A program made the translations under genes and the position numbers. Positions 53,439 to 63,166 of a stretch of DNA of 64,000 nucleotides are shown here, piece by piece. Every line of letters begins with the position of its first letter. Positions within the stretch are counted from its first letter, which is position 1. Under the pieces are notes generated by a model. The model ran no database searches and had not been told where the DNA came from. It was given only the letters and a program-made list of their open reading frames with translations. Source of the DNA: Thermoplasmatota archaeon (GTDB taxonomy: Archaea; Thermoplasmatota; Poseidoniia; Poseidoniales; Poseidoniaceae); NCBI GenBank assembly GCA_036160375.1, contig JAYYDY010000035.1, forward strand, positions 13,033 to 77,032, given 5' to 3'.

Positions 53439-53930
53439 ATGCGAGGGACCGCTGTTCGGGACGAGGAAGCGGTCAGCCCGGTGATTGCCACCGTGCTGCT
53501 CCTCGCCATCACGGTCATGCTATCCAGCATGGTCTTCGTGTTGATGCAAGGTGCGTTGACCACGGTGGAGAAATCTGCTCCTCAGGCGACGGTCAGTGTT
53601 CGTGCGCTGGACAACGGCTTCCACGTCGTCCGCATCACGAGTCTCGACCAGTCCATTGACCCGGCTCGCCTTCAGTTCGACTTGTTGCCGGCTGACACCA
53701 CCCAGGACCTCCCTATTCGTGGGCAGGTCGCTGACGCCGACGTGTACGGCGTGGTTGGTACGAACATCTCGTTCCATGACCGCGATGCAGGCTATTCCGT
53801 CACACAAGGTGATTATTTTGTCATCGATTCGGAAACCATTGGTGCAGATGATGGGAGTTGGCGATTCCGCTTGGTCGACCAAACGTCAAGCGCTCTGATC
53901 GTGGACGTGGCTCTGCCCGCCATGGCTTGA
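53439..53930 (+). CDS. Archaeal type IV pilin (class III signal peptide, DUF1628-type)
   Basis: DEEA/VSPVIATVLLLAITV N-terminus. Confidence 0.9.
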   Translation: MRGTAVRDEEAVSPVIATVLLLAITVMLSSMVFVLMQGALTTVEKSAPQATVSVRALDNGFHVVRITSLDQSIDPARLQFDLLPADTTQDLPIRGQVADADVYGVVGTNISFHDRDAGYSVTQGDYFVIDSETIGADDGSWRFRLVDQTSSALIVDVALPAMA

Positions 53931-54938
53931 TCAACCGCCGATAAAGGACATCTCAACTTTTGAAGATGGGTCCTTGATTGAAGCGCGTTCCATTGAATAT
54001 CGGTCCTTGCGATCTTCCCAGATGCTGTGAATCGCTTGCAAAACCTCGTGTTCCTCCGCTTCCATTCGCAGAAGGGATTTCAGGTCGTGTCCACTTGAGG
54101 AGAATAAACAGGTGTAGAGTGAGCCGTTGGCTGAAAGCCGTGCACGTGTGCAGTCACCGCAGAAGGGGTTTGATACGGATTCAATGAAACCAAATCGATG
54201 ACCATCAACCGTTTCGTAGGTTCGTGCCACCTGGCTTCGGTCCAACGCCTGAACGGGCTTCAGTTGACCAAATCGGTCTTGGAGCACGTTTCTGATCTCT
54301 TGGCCGGTCATGACGTCCTCGAGTTTCCAGGCGTTGGTGTTCCCGACGTCCATGAATTCGATGAACCTCAAGGTGATGTTGCGCGCTGTGCACGCTTCAG
54401 CAAGCTGGATCAATTCTCCATCGTTCAGCCCTTTTTGGACCACCGTGTTGACTTTGACAACGAGGCCGAGGCCGAGCGCAACATCGATGCCTGCGAGGAC
54501 CTCATCCGAGCCGTGGTTGGTGGTGTCGGCCATCTGCTGAAACAGGGCCTTGTCGATGGCATCCAAACTCACGGTCACTCGGTCGAGACCGGCTTGTTTG
54601 AGGGCGGATGCGTGGCGTTCCAAGAGCGCCCCGTTGGTGGTGAGGGCGAGGTCAAGTTCGGGGCCTGCAGCCCTCAGCATTTCCACCAAGGTCGTGATGT
54701 CCTTTCGTAGCAACGGCTCCCCTCCCGTGAGGCGTACCTTTCGCAAACCAGCCGGCATGAGGCTTTGCACCACCGTGGTGATCTCCTCGTACGTCAGGAG
54801 TGCTTCACGCTCGAGGAAGGCATGGTCGGCATCAAAGTGTTCCCGAGGCATGCAGTACGTGCAACGGAAGTTGCATCGGTCCGTGACCGAAACACGAAGG
54901 TCGTGGAGCGGCCGTTTGTAGCGGTCCACGAGTCGCAT
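53931..54938 (-). CDS. moaA: GTP 3',8-cyclase (molybdenum cofactor biosynthesis)
   Basis: LRVSVTDRCNFRCTYCMP, TGGEPLLR, CGDCTRAR..CL, C-terminal IGG. Confidence 0.97.
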   Translation of the reverse strand: MRLVDRYKRPLHDLRVSVTDRCNFRCTYCMPREHFDADHAFLEREALLTYEEITTVVQSLMPAGLRKVRLTGGEPLLRKDITTLVEMLRAAGPELDLALTTNGALLERHASALKQAGLDRVTVSLDAIDKALFQQMADTTNHGSDEVLAGIDVALGLGLVVKVNTVVQKGLNDGELIQLAEACTARNITLRFIEFMDVGNTNAWKLEDVMTGQEIRNVLQDRFGQLKPVQALDRSQVARTYETVDGHRFGFIESVSNPFCGDCTRARLSANGSLYTCLFSSSGHDLKSLLRMEAEEHEVLQAIHSIWEDRKDRYSMERASIKDPSSKVEMSFIGG

Positions 54939-55011
54939 GGTATGTTCACCCTTCCCGGGTTCTTGAACCTGTATTACAAGGGTTCATGGCTGGGTCAACC
55001 TACGACATCCC

Positions 55012-56433
55012 ATGGCTAGAGCGTGGGTCAAGCGCTGGTCTCCTCATCGAAACGGAGGAAAAGGGAGCTTTGTTCCGGCGCTCAACATCACACCCAATGC
55101 CGCTATAGAATCAATGACATGGAAGTTGCCGCCCTCGAAGAGTCACGCCATACGCTGGTTGGCCTTGGCAGCACAATCCAACCAACCGCTTCGCCTCCAC
55201 AACATGGCTGCAGCCGGTCAGGACATCGTCTCCATGCGCCGTTGCTTGAGGCAACTCGGCGTTCGCATCACCGACCTCGATGCGTCAGGTCATCCAGTCC
55301 CCGTCGAGTCCAACCATGACGACCAACCCCCTCTCGGCACGGTATCGTGGGACGTGGTAGGCGCAGGCCCACACGGCCTCCATGCCCCCGTCAGCGTCCT
55401 TCACGCAGGAAATTCAGGTACGGCCTTGCGAATCTTGATGGCCATGTGCGCTCGATTTGATGTCCCCATCATGGTTGACGGCGATGCGTCCCTCCGTTCC
55501 CGCAACCACGACGTGATGGTCTCGGCGTTGGAAGCGCTTGGCGTCACCGTTTCTCGGGGTGTCGGCGTCGAGGGCCTTCCGCTTCTCCTCCAGGGTCCTT
55601 GGAAACCCACCGAAGACATCTCCCTCGACATCTCGACCTCAAGTCAACCGACGACGGCGTTTTGCCTGGCTGCGCCCGCCCTGACCTTTGACGTGAAGGT
55701 CGAGTCAGTTGGTGATGGCGTTTCGCTTCGCCACAGCGATTTGAGCAAAGACCTGTGCGTGCAGACCGGCGCCAAGGAGTCGCTCTGGGACGGTCACCTT
55801 CAGTCTTGGACGCCGACGTTCAAGGAATCAAGCGTGACGATGCCGCCGGACGCATCGATGCTCGCCTTCGCCTGCTTGGCTGCCAAAGTCTGTCAAATCT
55901 CCGTTCACGTTGATGCCTTGCCGACCACCGAGGAGGCGCTGGGCCATGAGGTGCTGATGGCTCACCTCGAGGACTTGGGCTTGAAGCTGGACGACAACAC
56001 CTTCAGCGTCAGCGAAGCATCATCTTCTGTTTCATTGGATTTGAAGCACGGAAACGACCTCATCACCCCTGTTGCAGCGCTGTTGGCGTTGGGTGCTGGT
56101 GGAACCATCGTGGGTGCCGAACACGCTGCGTTCAAGGAAACCGATCGGACCAACGGAACGGTGGCCTTGCTGGCTCAATTTGGGTTGAAATCCACGTACG
56201 AAAACGGCCGACTCATCGTGCCTGGCGGTCAAACCATTGTCGGCCCGACGGATCTGGTGGAAACTTACGGCGATCACCGCATGCAGATGACGGCACTGGT
56301 GCTCGCGATGGGGTCCCCAACCCCCGTGCTCATCGAAGGTGATTCGCTGCATGAGGTGGCCGACCCCGAGGCCATCGCACGTTGGGAAGCCGTTGGGGTC
56401 AACGTTGAGCCCGTCCTTCACCAACCGTGGTAG
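55012..56433 (+). CDS. aroA: EPSP synthase, divergent; start uncertain
   Basis: PPSKSHAIR, GNSGTALR, GDASL, SSQ, KETDR, DHRM. Confidence 0.85.
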   Translation: MARAWVKRWSPHRNGGKGSFVPALNITPNAAIESMTWKLPPSKSHAIRWLALAAQSNQPLRLHNMAAAGQDIVSMRRCLRQLGVRITDLDASGHPVPVESNHDDQPPLGTVSWDVVGAGPHGLHAPVSVLHAGNSGTALRILMAMCARFDVPIMVDGDASLRSRNHDVMVSALEALGVTVSRGVGVEGLPLLLQGPWKPTEDISLDISTSSQPTTAFCLAAPALTFDVKVESVGDGVSLRHSDLSKDLCVQTGAKESLWDGHLQSWTPTFKESSVTMPPDASMLAFACLAAKVCQISVHVDALPTTEEALGHEVLMAHLEDLGLKLDDNTFSVSEASSSVSLDLKHGNDLITPVAALLALGAGGTIVGAEHAAFKETDRTNGTVALLAQFGLKSTYENGRLIVPGGQTIVGPTDLVETYGDHRMQMTALVLAMGSPTPVLIEGDSLHEVADPEAIARWEAVGVNVEPVLHQPW

Positions 56434-56434
56434 G

Positions 56435-58450
56435 TCAACCGTGGCGGCCGAAATGATGGTCGAGGCTGTCGATGGAGATGCGAAGTGATGTTGGTCGACC
56501 ATGCACGCAAGCCCACGGGTTCGGAATTCGTCTCATGTCATCGAGCAGGCGTCGCATCTCTGGAAGGGTCAGCGGTTCGTTGGCCTTGACCGCTCCTCGG
56601 CAGGCGTTCATGAACGCGATGTGATCTTTCTTGGCTTCGAGGGTTTCCAGCGGACCACCGTCACCGGCAAGGTCCTGAAGGAGGTCGAGGAAGAACGAAC
56701 GTACCTCCTCGCCGTTCAGCAGTTGCGGTGATGCCGTCATGGTCCATGCCCCGTTGTCGTTGCTCAAGTGGAAACCGAGTTCATTCAATCGAGCGTGGTG
56801 TGCATCAACCAGTGCCGATTGCCGTGCGTCCAGGTCAAGGTCGAGCGGTGCAAGGCGGGTTTGCGGCTCCCATGCTTGGCCTCGGTGTCGGAGTCGCTCG
56901 TAGCGGACGCGCTCGTGAAGGGCGTGCTGGTCGATGAGCAGCAATTCATCCTCCGCTTGGACGAGGATGTACGAGTCAGCAAACTGTGCCAGCGGTTCCA
57001 TGTGAGGCAATTCGTTGAGTTCCCCCTCAAGCGGTCCTTCCTCTCCTGGCCGACACGTCGTCCCGAGTCCTGCATGGCGGTGCAGGTCGCGCTCTGCTGA
57101 CGAGAGCGGTGCTGCCACCGGTTGTTCACCTTGCCCTGGAAGCAACGATTGACCCAGCGGAGAGGCGGAAACCGGGCGTTCCTTCTCAACGGGCGCCGAA
57201 TCTTCAGCGGTTTGTCCAACCAGGTTCAGCTGCTTCCCTGCAGCTACGGCCCATGCGGGGGGCTGAGGCAAAGGGGCCGGTTCGGATGCCTCGGGTTGCG
57301 TTGTCATGCCAGCGGCAGAGGCCAAGGAATGCGTGGGCTCGTGTTTGGGCTGTGGGTTAAGGTAAGTTTCAACTGACTTCACATGCTGTTGCGTTGAAAG
57401 ACCTTGTAAGCCAGGGATGCCCCCCGTTGCATCTGGTTCGGTGGGAATGGCCTCAAGCGTGTAAGCAATCGCCCGTTCCAAGCGTTCAAGCACGCGCCAC
57501 GAATGTCGCAGCCGCACCTCCCGTTTGGTGGGGTGGACGTTGACGTCCACTTCGTCGGGCGGGCAATCGAGGTTCACCACCGCAAGTGGATGTCGCCCCT
57601 GCATGAGCCGTGTCTTGTATCCACGGCGGATGGCCTGGAGGAACGGGCCTGCTGCCACGGGCCGTTGGTTGATGAGCACGTGAATGTCATCGCCCTTGCC
57701 ACGGGTGATGTCGGGCGTGCTGATATAACCGCTCCAGCGTTCTGTTCCGGGTGCTTCGTCATCATCGGGAGGTTGTTGCAACGGCACCAAATCGGTGGCC
57801 TGTGCCCCCATGATGTCGTACAAGCGATCCATCATGTCCTCCGTCGGAGGAACATTGAGCAAGGTCCGTCGCTCGGTTTTCAGATGGAACCCACACGACG
57901 GGTGGGCGAGGGCGTGATCCACCACCACGTCGACAATCCTCGCTGTTTCGGTTTCGGGACGACGCTGGAAGGCCAACCTCGCAGGCGTATTCTGGAACAA
58001 ATGCTCGACAGAAATAACGGTCCCTTCCGCCATGCCGATGGGTTGGATGGTGGATTTCACGCCATCCTCCATCACGATGGTTGCCCCGGTTTGGCCGGGG
58101 GGTTTGCTCGAGATTTGCAATTTTGACACCATGCCGATGCTGGCCAACGCTTCGCCTCGGAAGCCGAGCGAGACGATGGAGGCAAGGTCCTCCTTCGTTC
58201 GGAGTTTTGAGGTGGCGTGTCGGTCAAGCGCCAGGGTGAGGTCCTCGCTTGCGATACCGCTTCCGTTGTCTTCAACGCTCAACCGGTCGAAGCCGCCCCG
58301 TTCAACGGTGATGGTGATGGACGTCGCTCCGGCATCAAGGCTGTTCTCAACCAATTCTTTCACGACTTGAGCGGGACGTTCGACCACTTCGCCGGCTGCA
58401 ATGAACCCGATGGTGGCGTCGTCGAGTTGACGGATTTTTTGCGGCTTCAT
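56435..58450 (-). CDS. mutL: DNA mismatch repair endonuclease MutL
   Basis: IAAGEVVERP, KELVENSLDA, GFRGEAL, DVNVHPTK, DQHALHER, ACR, CVHGRP. Confidence 0.97.
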   Translation of the reverse strand: MKPQKIRQLDDATIGFIAAGEVVERPAQVVKELVENSLDAGATSITITVERGGFDRLSVEDNGSGIASEDLTLALDRHATSKLRTKEDLASIVSLGFRGEALASIGMVSKLQISSKPPGQTGATIVMEDGVKSTIQPIGMAEGTVISVEHLFQNTPARLAFQRRPETETARIVDVVVDHALAHPSCGFHLKTERRTLLNVPPTEDMMDRLYDIMGAQATDLVPLQQPPDDDEAPGTERWSGYISTPDITRGKGDDIHVLINQRPVAAGPFLQAIRRGYKTRLMQGRHPLAVVNLDCPPDEVDVNVHPTKREVRLRHSWRVLERLERAIAYTLEAIPTEPDATGGIPGLQGLSTQQHVKSVETYLNPQPKHEPTHSLASAAGMTTQPEASEPAPLPQPPAWAVAAGKQLNLVGQTAEDSAPVEKERPVSASPLGQSLLPGQGEQPVAAPLSSAERDLHRHAGLGTTCRPGEEGPLEGELNELPHMEPLAQFADSYILVQAEDELLLIDQHALHERVRYERLRHRGQAWEPQTRLAPLDLDLDARQSALVDAHHARLNELGFHLSNDNGAWTMTASPQLLNGEEVRSFFLDLLQDLAGDGGPLETLEAKKDHIAFMNACRGAVKANEPLTLPEMRRLLDDMRRIPNPWACVHGRPTSLRISIDSLDHHFGRHG

Positions 58451-61101
58451 GCCCCGTCCTCCAAATCCTGCTTCAATGCATAGAGCACATCAAGGGCCTG
58501 CCGTGGGCTTAATTCGTCGACTTGCGTGTTCCTCAAGCGCTCAAGCGCCTTTCGTTCCTCTGGTGGAACAAGAGGCGCATTGGCCTCCTTGGTTTTCATG
58601 GCGGCTGCGGCAAAGTAACCCATCAGACTGGCCTGGCCCGCATCCCTTGATTGCGGCGCCCCTTGTTCACCCGCCTTGGCCCCGCCTGCTTGCTGTTCTA
58701 GGAACGCCAACAGGTCCGTGGCTCGTTCCACCACGTTTCGTGGAAGTCCTGCAAGGGCTGCGACTTGGACACCATAGGAATCGTCGCATGGTCCATCAGC
58801 GACGCTGTGCATGAACCGCAGTTGCCCGTCGGTGTGCGCTACTTGAACGTGGACGTTGCACAAGCCGTCGATTTCATCCTCCAATCCGATGAGTTGGTGA
58901 TAGTGGGTGGCAAACATGGTTCGAGCGCCAATGCGAGAACAGATGTCTTCGGTGACAGACCAAGCGATGGACAAGCCGTCAAACGTGGAGGTGCCTCTTC
59001 CGATTTCGTCGAGGAGCACGAGGGAGCGGTTGGTGGCTCGTTTCAAAATGTGCGCCACCTCAATCATCTCCATCATGAAGGTCGACCTTCCACGTTTGAG
59101 GTCATCACTCGCACCCACACGGGTGAATATCCGGTCAACCAGGCCGATTTTTGCCGTTGCAGCTGGCACAAAACAACCCGCCTGCGCCAACACCGAAACC
59201 AAGGCCACCGTGCGAAGGTAGGTCGATTTCCCGCCCATGTTCGGGCCCGTGATGAGGAGGAAACTTCGCTTGGTGTTCATCACGACGTCGTTGGGTACGA
59301 AACCCGTTTGGGTCTCAAGCACTGGGTGGCGAGCGCCTTCGAGTTTGATGACGTGTTGATCGTTAATCTCCGGTTTGGTCCAACCTCGCTCACGGCTCAC
59401 CGTTGCAAAGCACTGAAGCACATCGATGGACGCCACTCGCCGTGCAACGTCGGCGAGGGCTGAGGCGTGCGCCACGCAATAACTTCGCAGTTCGAGGAAT
59501 TTTCTGTACTCGAGTTCTTTGAGTTTTGAATCAGCCGTGAGCAGCAGGTCGTCGCGTTCCACCAGTTCTTCGGTGGTGTACCTTGAACCGTTGGTGAGTT
59601 GTTGCTTCCTTCGCCATGTCTCGGGCACCTTGTCGAGGTGGGTTTGGGTCACTTCGATGTACCAGCCAACCTGGCGGTTGTTCTTCACCTTCAACGAAGG
59701 GATGCTCAATTCTTCCCTGAGTCGCTGCTCAAGCGAGGTGAACCAAGCCTTTCCTTCGGTAGTGACGGTGCGCAAACGGTCGACCTCTTCGTCGACACCC
59801 GGCCGCAACAGTCCTCCGTCGCGCAAGCCAAGAGGTGCCTCTTCGGTGAGCGTGTGGCGAATGGTCGCCATCATTTCGTTCAACTGTTCAAGGCCCTCGC
59901 TCAAATGCGTGAGCAGCGGGTCTTGACTGTCTCGGCACCATTGAGCAACGGCCGGCATGCGCTCAAGCGCATGAGCGGTAGCGACCAAATCACGAGCATT
60001 GCTTCGCTGGTAGGCCAGCTGGGTGGCCAAGCGTTCCATGTCCCTGATGCCCTTGAGCGATGTTCGCATCCCGTCCAGTCGTCGTGCGGAGCGGGACAGG
60101 GTGCCCACAGCGGCGTGCCGTGTTTGAATCGCATCACGGTCGGACAGCGGATGAAGCACCCATGTTTTCAGAAGACGCCTCCCCATGGCGGTGCGGCATC
60201 GATTCAGGGTGGACAGGAGACTTCCGTCGTATTCCCCAGCCAGGGTCGCGGTCAACTCGAGGTTGCGTAGTGTGGTTTGGTCGAGCAGAAGATGGCCCTG
60301 TTCTTCGACCATCTCAACGTCTTGCAGTGGCACATCCGGTTGGCGGTGAACCGTTGCGAGATAATCGGCCGCCAAGCCGGTGGCTGAAATGGCCAACGGT
60401 GCGTGGTCGAGGTCCAAATGGCCCAAGTCCGCCACGTTCAACATGGTTCGCAGCCGCTCATCCCGTTTCGCAGGGCTGAGGTTGTGCTGGCTGACCATGG
60501 TGGCATCGAGCAGAGGGAAGAGCCGAGAAAGTTGATCGTTGGCAGCATCTTTGGGTGTCAAGACGAGTTCGCTCGGTTGCCATCGAAGCAGGTCGTCCTG
60601 CAGGCGCAACAGACGATCAACCCCGCCGTGGGTTGAAGCCCACGCCTTCCCGGTTGAAGCGTCGATGACGGAGAGGCCGAGCGCATCGGAACCCAGGACA
60701 ACGGCTGCAAGAAGGGATTGCTCATCACCGTCGAGAAGGCCCTCTTCGTAGAGGCTGCCCGGCGTGTAGACGCGCGTGACCACGCGTTCCAGTAATTTTG
60801 CACCGGGTCGTAATTCCTCTTCCTGTTCCGCCACCGTCACTTTGTACCCTGCCCGCAACATGGTTCGAAGATGTTCTTCCAGCCCGTGCCACGGAAAACC
60901 AGCCATTGGGATGGGTTGTTCCGCATTTTTATCGCGGGATGTGAGTGAAAGTCCCAGCACCTCGGCCGCCACCTCGGCATCATCGTGAAAGAGTTCGTAA
61001 AAATCACCCATGCGAAAGAAGAGGATGGTGTCCGGGTGCTGTTCTTTGATGTCAAAGAACTGGTCCATCATTCCACGTTTGGTCATCGTCGTTGCCTCCA
61101 T
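58447..61101 (-). CDS. mutS: DNA mismatch repair protein MutS (MutS1)
   Basis: FFRMGDFYELF, TGPNMGGKST, STFMMEM, LDEIGRGT, ATHY, SYG. Confidence 0.97.
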   Translation of the reverse strand: MEATTMTKRGMMDQFFDIKEQHPDTILFFRMGDFYELFHDDAEVAAEVLGLSLTSRDKNAEQPIPMAGFPWHGLEEHLRTMLRAGYKVTVAEQEEELRPGAKLLERVVTRVYTPGSLYEEGLLDGDEQSLLAAVVLGSDALGLSVIDASTGKAWASTHGGVDRLLRLQDDLLRWQPSELVLTPKDAANDQLSRLFPLLDATMVSQHNLSPAKRDERLRTMLNVADLGHLDLDHAPLAISATGLAADYLATVHRQPDVPLQDVEMVEEQGHLLLDQTTLRNLELTATLAGEYDGSLLSTLNRCRTAMGRRLLKTWVLHPLSDRDAIQTRHAAVGTLSRSARRLDGMRTSLKGIRDMERLATQLAYQRSNARDLVATAHALERMPAVAQWCRDSQDPLLTHLSEGLEQLNEMMATIRHTLTEEAPLGLRDGGLLRPGVDEEVDRLRTVTTEGKAWFTSLEQRLREELSIPSLKVKNNRQVGWYIEVTQTHLDKVPETWRRKQQLTNGSRYTTEELVERDDLLLTADSKLKELEYRKFLELRSYCVAHASALADVARRVASIDVLQCFATVSRERGWTKPEINDQHVIKLEGARHPVLETQTGFVPNDVVMNTKRSFLLITGPNMGGKSTYLRTVALVSVLAQAGCFVPAATAKIGLVDRIFTRVGASDDLKRGRSTFMMEMIEVAHILKRATNRSLVLLDEIGRGTSTFDGLSIAWSVTEDICSRIGARTMFATHYHQLIGLEDEIDGLCNVHVQVAHTDGQLRFMHSVADGPCDDSYGVQVAALAGLPRNVVERATDLLAFLEQQAGGAKAGEQGAPQSRDAGQASLMGYFAAAAMKTKEANAPLVPPEERKALERLRNTQVDELSPRQALDVLYALKQDLEDGA

Positions 61102-61193
61102 GGCTCGCGCTGGAGTTTGTCAACCCCGACGAGAGCACATGAAGGTTCTCAATCAACGGCGTGCTCTGCCTTGATTTCTCAAGAAACAGCCTT

Positions 61194-62399
61194 TCAATTT
61201 CGTCCGATCAGCTGGCGACCAGCATGGGACGCCATCATGGAAAGCATCACGGCGCCGAACAAGAGGAACATGAGGTTGAGGAAGCCACGACCACTCTCTA
61301 TAGAGCCATCAGCGGTGGTGTCGATGGACCATTGAATGGGAAAACCGTTCTCGTCAACGCCGTGGACGTGAACGTGGTCGCCCTGCATACCGGCATCGGT
61401 CACATCAACCGGTACGTGGCGGCTGAGTTGGTGGACCTCGAATCCTGCGCTGTCGTACGTGGCGATGCTGGTTGAACCAAGGGCTCCGATGAACCACACC
61501 GTTCCATCTGCATCCCCCACGACCCTCGCAGCAGGTGCCTCAATGGCCGAAACCTGTTCGCTTTGGGTGATGATGAGGCTCTCAACGGTGCCTCCAACAA
61601 CCAGGGTCTCGCCTGCGTGAGCGACACTGTGAAACACACCGCTGGCAAACATCTGGACGTTCCTGAGGACCGGGGTGGCATCGTCACCGTCCCACAGGAT
61701 CCAACCCAACACGGGGCGAGACTCGGGTGTTGCGGGGCTTGAACCATCGGCACCGCTTGAACTGGTGTGCGTCCCATAGGCCACCCATAGACCGTCGCTG
61801 TGTGCTTCGAGGCCGTGCCACTGGACGCCGGACGACATGGACATAGCGGACGTGGGCACGCCGTTCGCAATGCCTCTCATGGAGGTGCTGCTTCCTTCAG
61901 CGGTCAACAACAATCGCTGCGTGCCTTCATCTGTCATCCGGTCGGCCGCGTCGAGTACCGCAAACGTCTCCTCAAAGGAGGAGTAATCGTAGGTGATGAG
62001 GAGGTTGTCTTGAATGCCCATCACCTGATTGGAGGCCACCGAAAAGAGAAGCTCACCGCTCGGCATGGTTCGAAGAAATTTCACCTGGGCGCCCATGTCG
62101 TTGCCTTGCGGGCTGTACACTTCGGAAGGCAACCCCTCGGCGTGCTCTGTGAACAGATGGTAGCCTTCGTTTGGAGCGTAGACCAACGCGGTGTAGCCAT
62201 CGCCATCGGGGTTGTACTCAATGTGGGTGACCAAACCGCCTTGGTGCAGTGCATCATCGTTGACGACCGTGTCGCCCACGAAGTGTTCGGTGGCTTCAAT
62301 CGCAAAGGCGCCGAGGGCCACGAACATCGCAAACATGGAAAGGGTCAGCCATTGATGCTCGGATTCCTCTTCGAGGAGCCGTCGCCAACCACCAGCCAT
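61194..62399 (-). CDS. Hypothetical protein with two TM helices flanking a probable beta-propeller ectodomain
   Basis: N- and C-terminal hydrophobic helices; repetitive beta-strand/DG pattern between them. Confidence 0.65.
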   Translation of the reverse strand: MAGGWRRLLEEESEHQWLTLSMFAMFVALGAFAIEATEHFVGDTVVNDDALHQGGLVTHIEYNPDGDGYTALVYAPNEGYHLFTEHAEGLPSEVYSPQGNDMGAQVKFLRTMPSGELLFSVASNQVMGIQDNLLITYDYSSFEETFAVLDAADRMTDEGTQRLLLTAEGSSTSMRGIANGVPTSAMSMSSGVQWHGLEAHSDGLWVAYGTHTSSSGADGSSPATPESRPVLGWILWDGDDATPVLRNVQMFASGVFHSVAHAGETLVVGGTVESLIITQSEQVSAIEAPAARVVGDADGTVWFIGALGSTSIATYDSAGFEVHQLSRHVPVDVTDAGMQGDHVHVHGVDENGFPIQWSIDTTADGSIESGRGFLNLMFLLFGAVMLSMMASHAGRQLIGRN

Positions 62400-62533
62400 G
62401 AACGGGGGTGGGGCGGGAGCAACATGAAGACTTTGCTCGTTCAGGGCCGGAAGGCACCTCCCAAAGCGTGGGCGAAGGGTGCGGAGATATCATAAAGGGA
62501 GCATCGGTCGCAGGGATGCTTGGAGGCATACCT

Positions 62534-63073
62534 ATGGCACGTAAACCCGCTGTGATGTACCGCCGCTTGAAAGGCCCAGCCTACACCCGCCGAAAGTACA
62601 TCGGTGGTGTGCCCAACAACCGTATCCATCAGTATCACGTCGGAAACCGACGTGCTGCGGAGACGGGCCAGTTCCAAGTCGTCCTCGAACTTCGCGCCGA
62701 CAACGACGTTCAGATTCGCCACACCGCTCTCGAAGCCGCTCGTGTCGTTTCCAACTCCACCATCCGTAAGGAGGCCGGCGCACAAGGCTATGCCCTCCGC
62801 GTTCACACCTTCCCCCACCACGTGCTCCGTGAAAACAAGCAAGCAACGGGTGCTGGTGCAGACCGTGTCTCCCAAGGTATGCGATGTGCCTTCGGAAAGA
62901 ACGTCGGTACGGCCGCTCGTGTCAAGCGTGGCCAGCGTGTGATCTCCATTCAGGTCAACGCTCCTCACTACCTCACAGCCCGTGATGCACTCCGCAAGGC
63001 CAGCATGAAGTTCCCTACCCCGTGCACCATCCGCCTCATCCGTGGACACGAGCACCTCAAGGGTCTCATTTGA
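62534..63073 (+). CDS. rpl10e: 50S ribosomal protein uL16 (L10e)
   Basis: MARKPA, YTRRKYI.GVP, QIRHTALEAAR, LRENK..GAGADRVSQGMR.AFGK. Confidence 0.97.
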   Translation: MARKPAVMYRRLKGPAYTRRKYIGGVPNNRIHQYHVGNRRAAETGQFQVVLELRADNDVQIRHTALEAARVVSNSTIRKEAGAQGYALRVHTFPHHVLRENKQATGAGADRVSQGMRCAFGKNVGTAARVKRGQRVISIQVNAPHYLTARDALRKASMKFPTPCTIRLIRGHEHLKGLI

Positions 63074-63166
63074 GACGACGACAACACATCCGTTTCGCCG
63101 GGCTTGGCTCGGTTGACGGCAGGTGAAACAAAATAGAACAGACGAGAGGCTCGGTCAGGTGATGAA

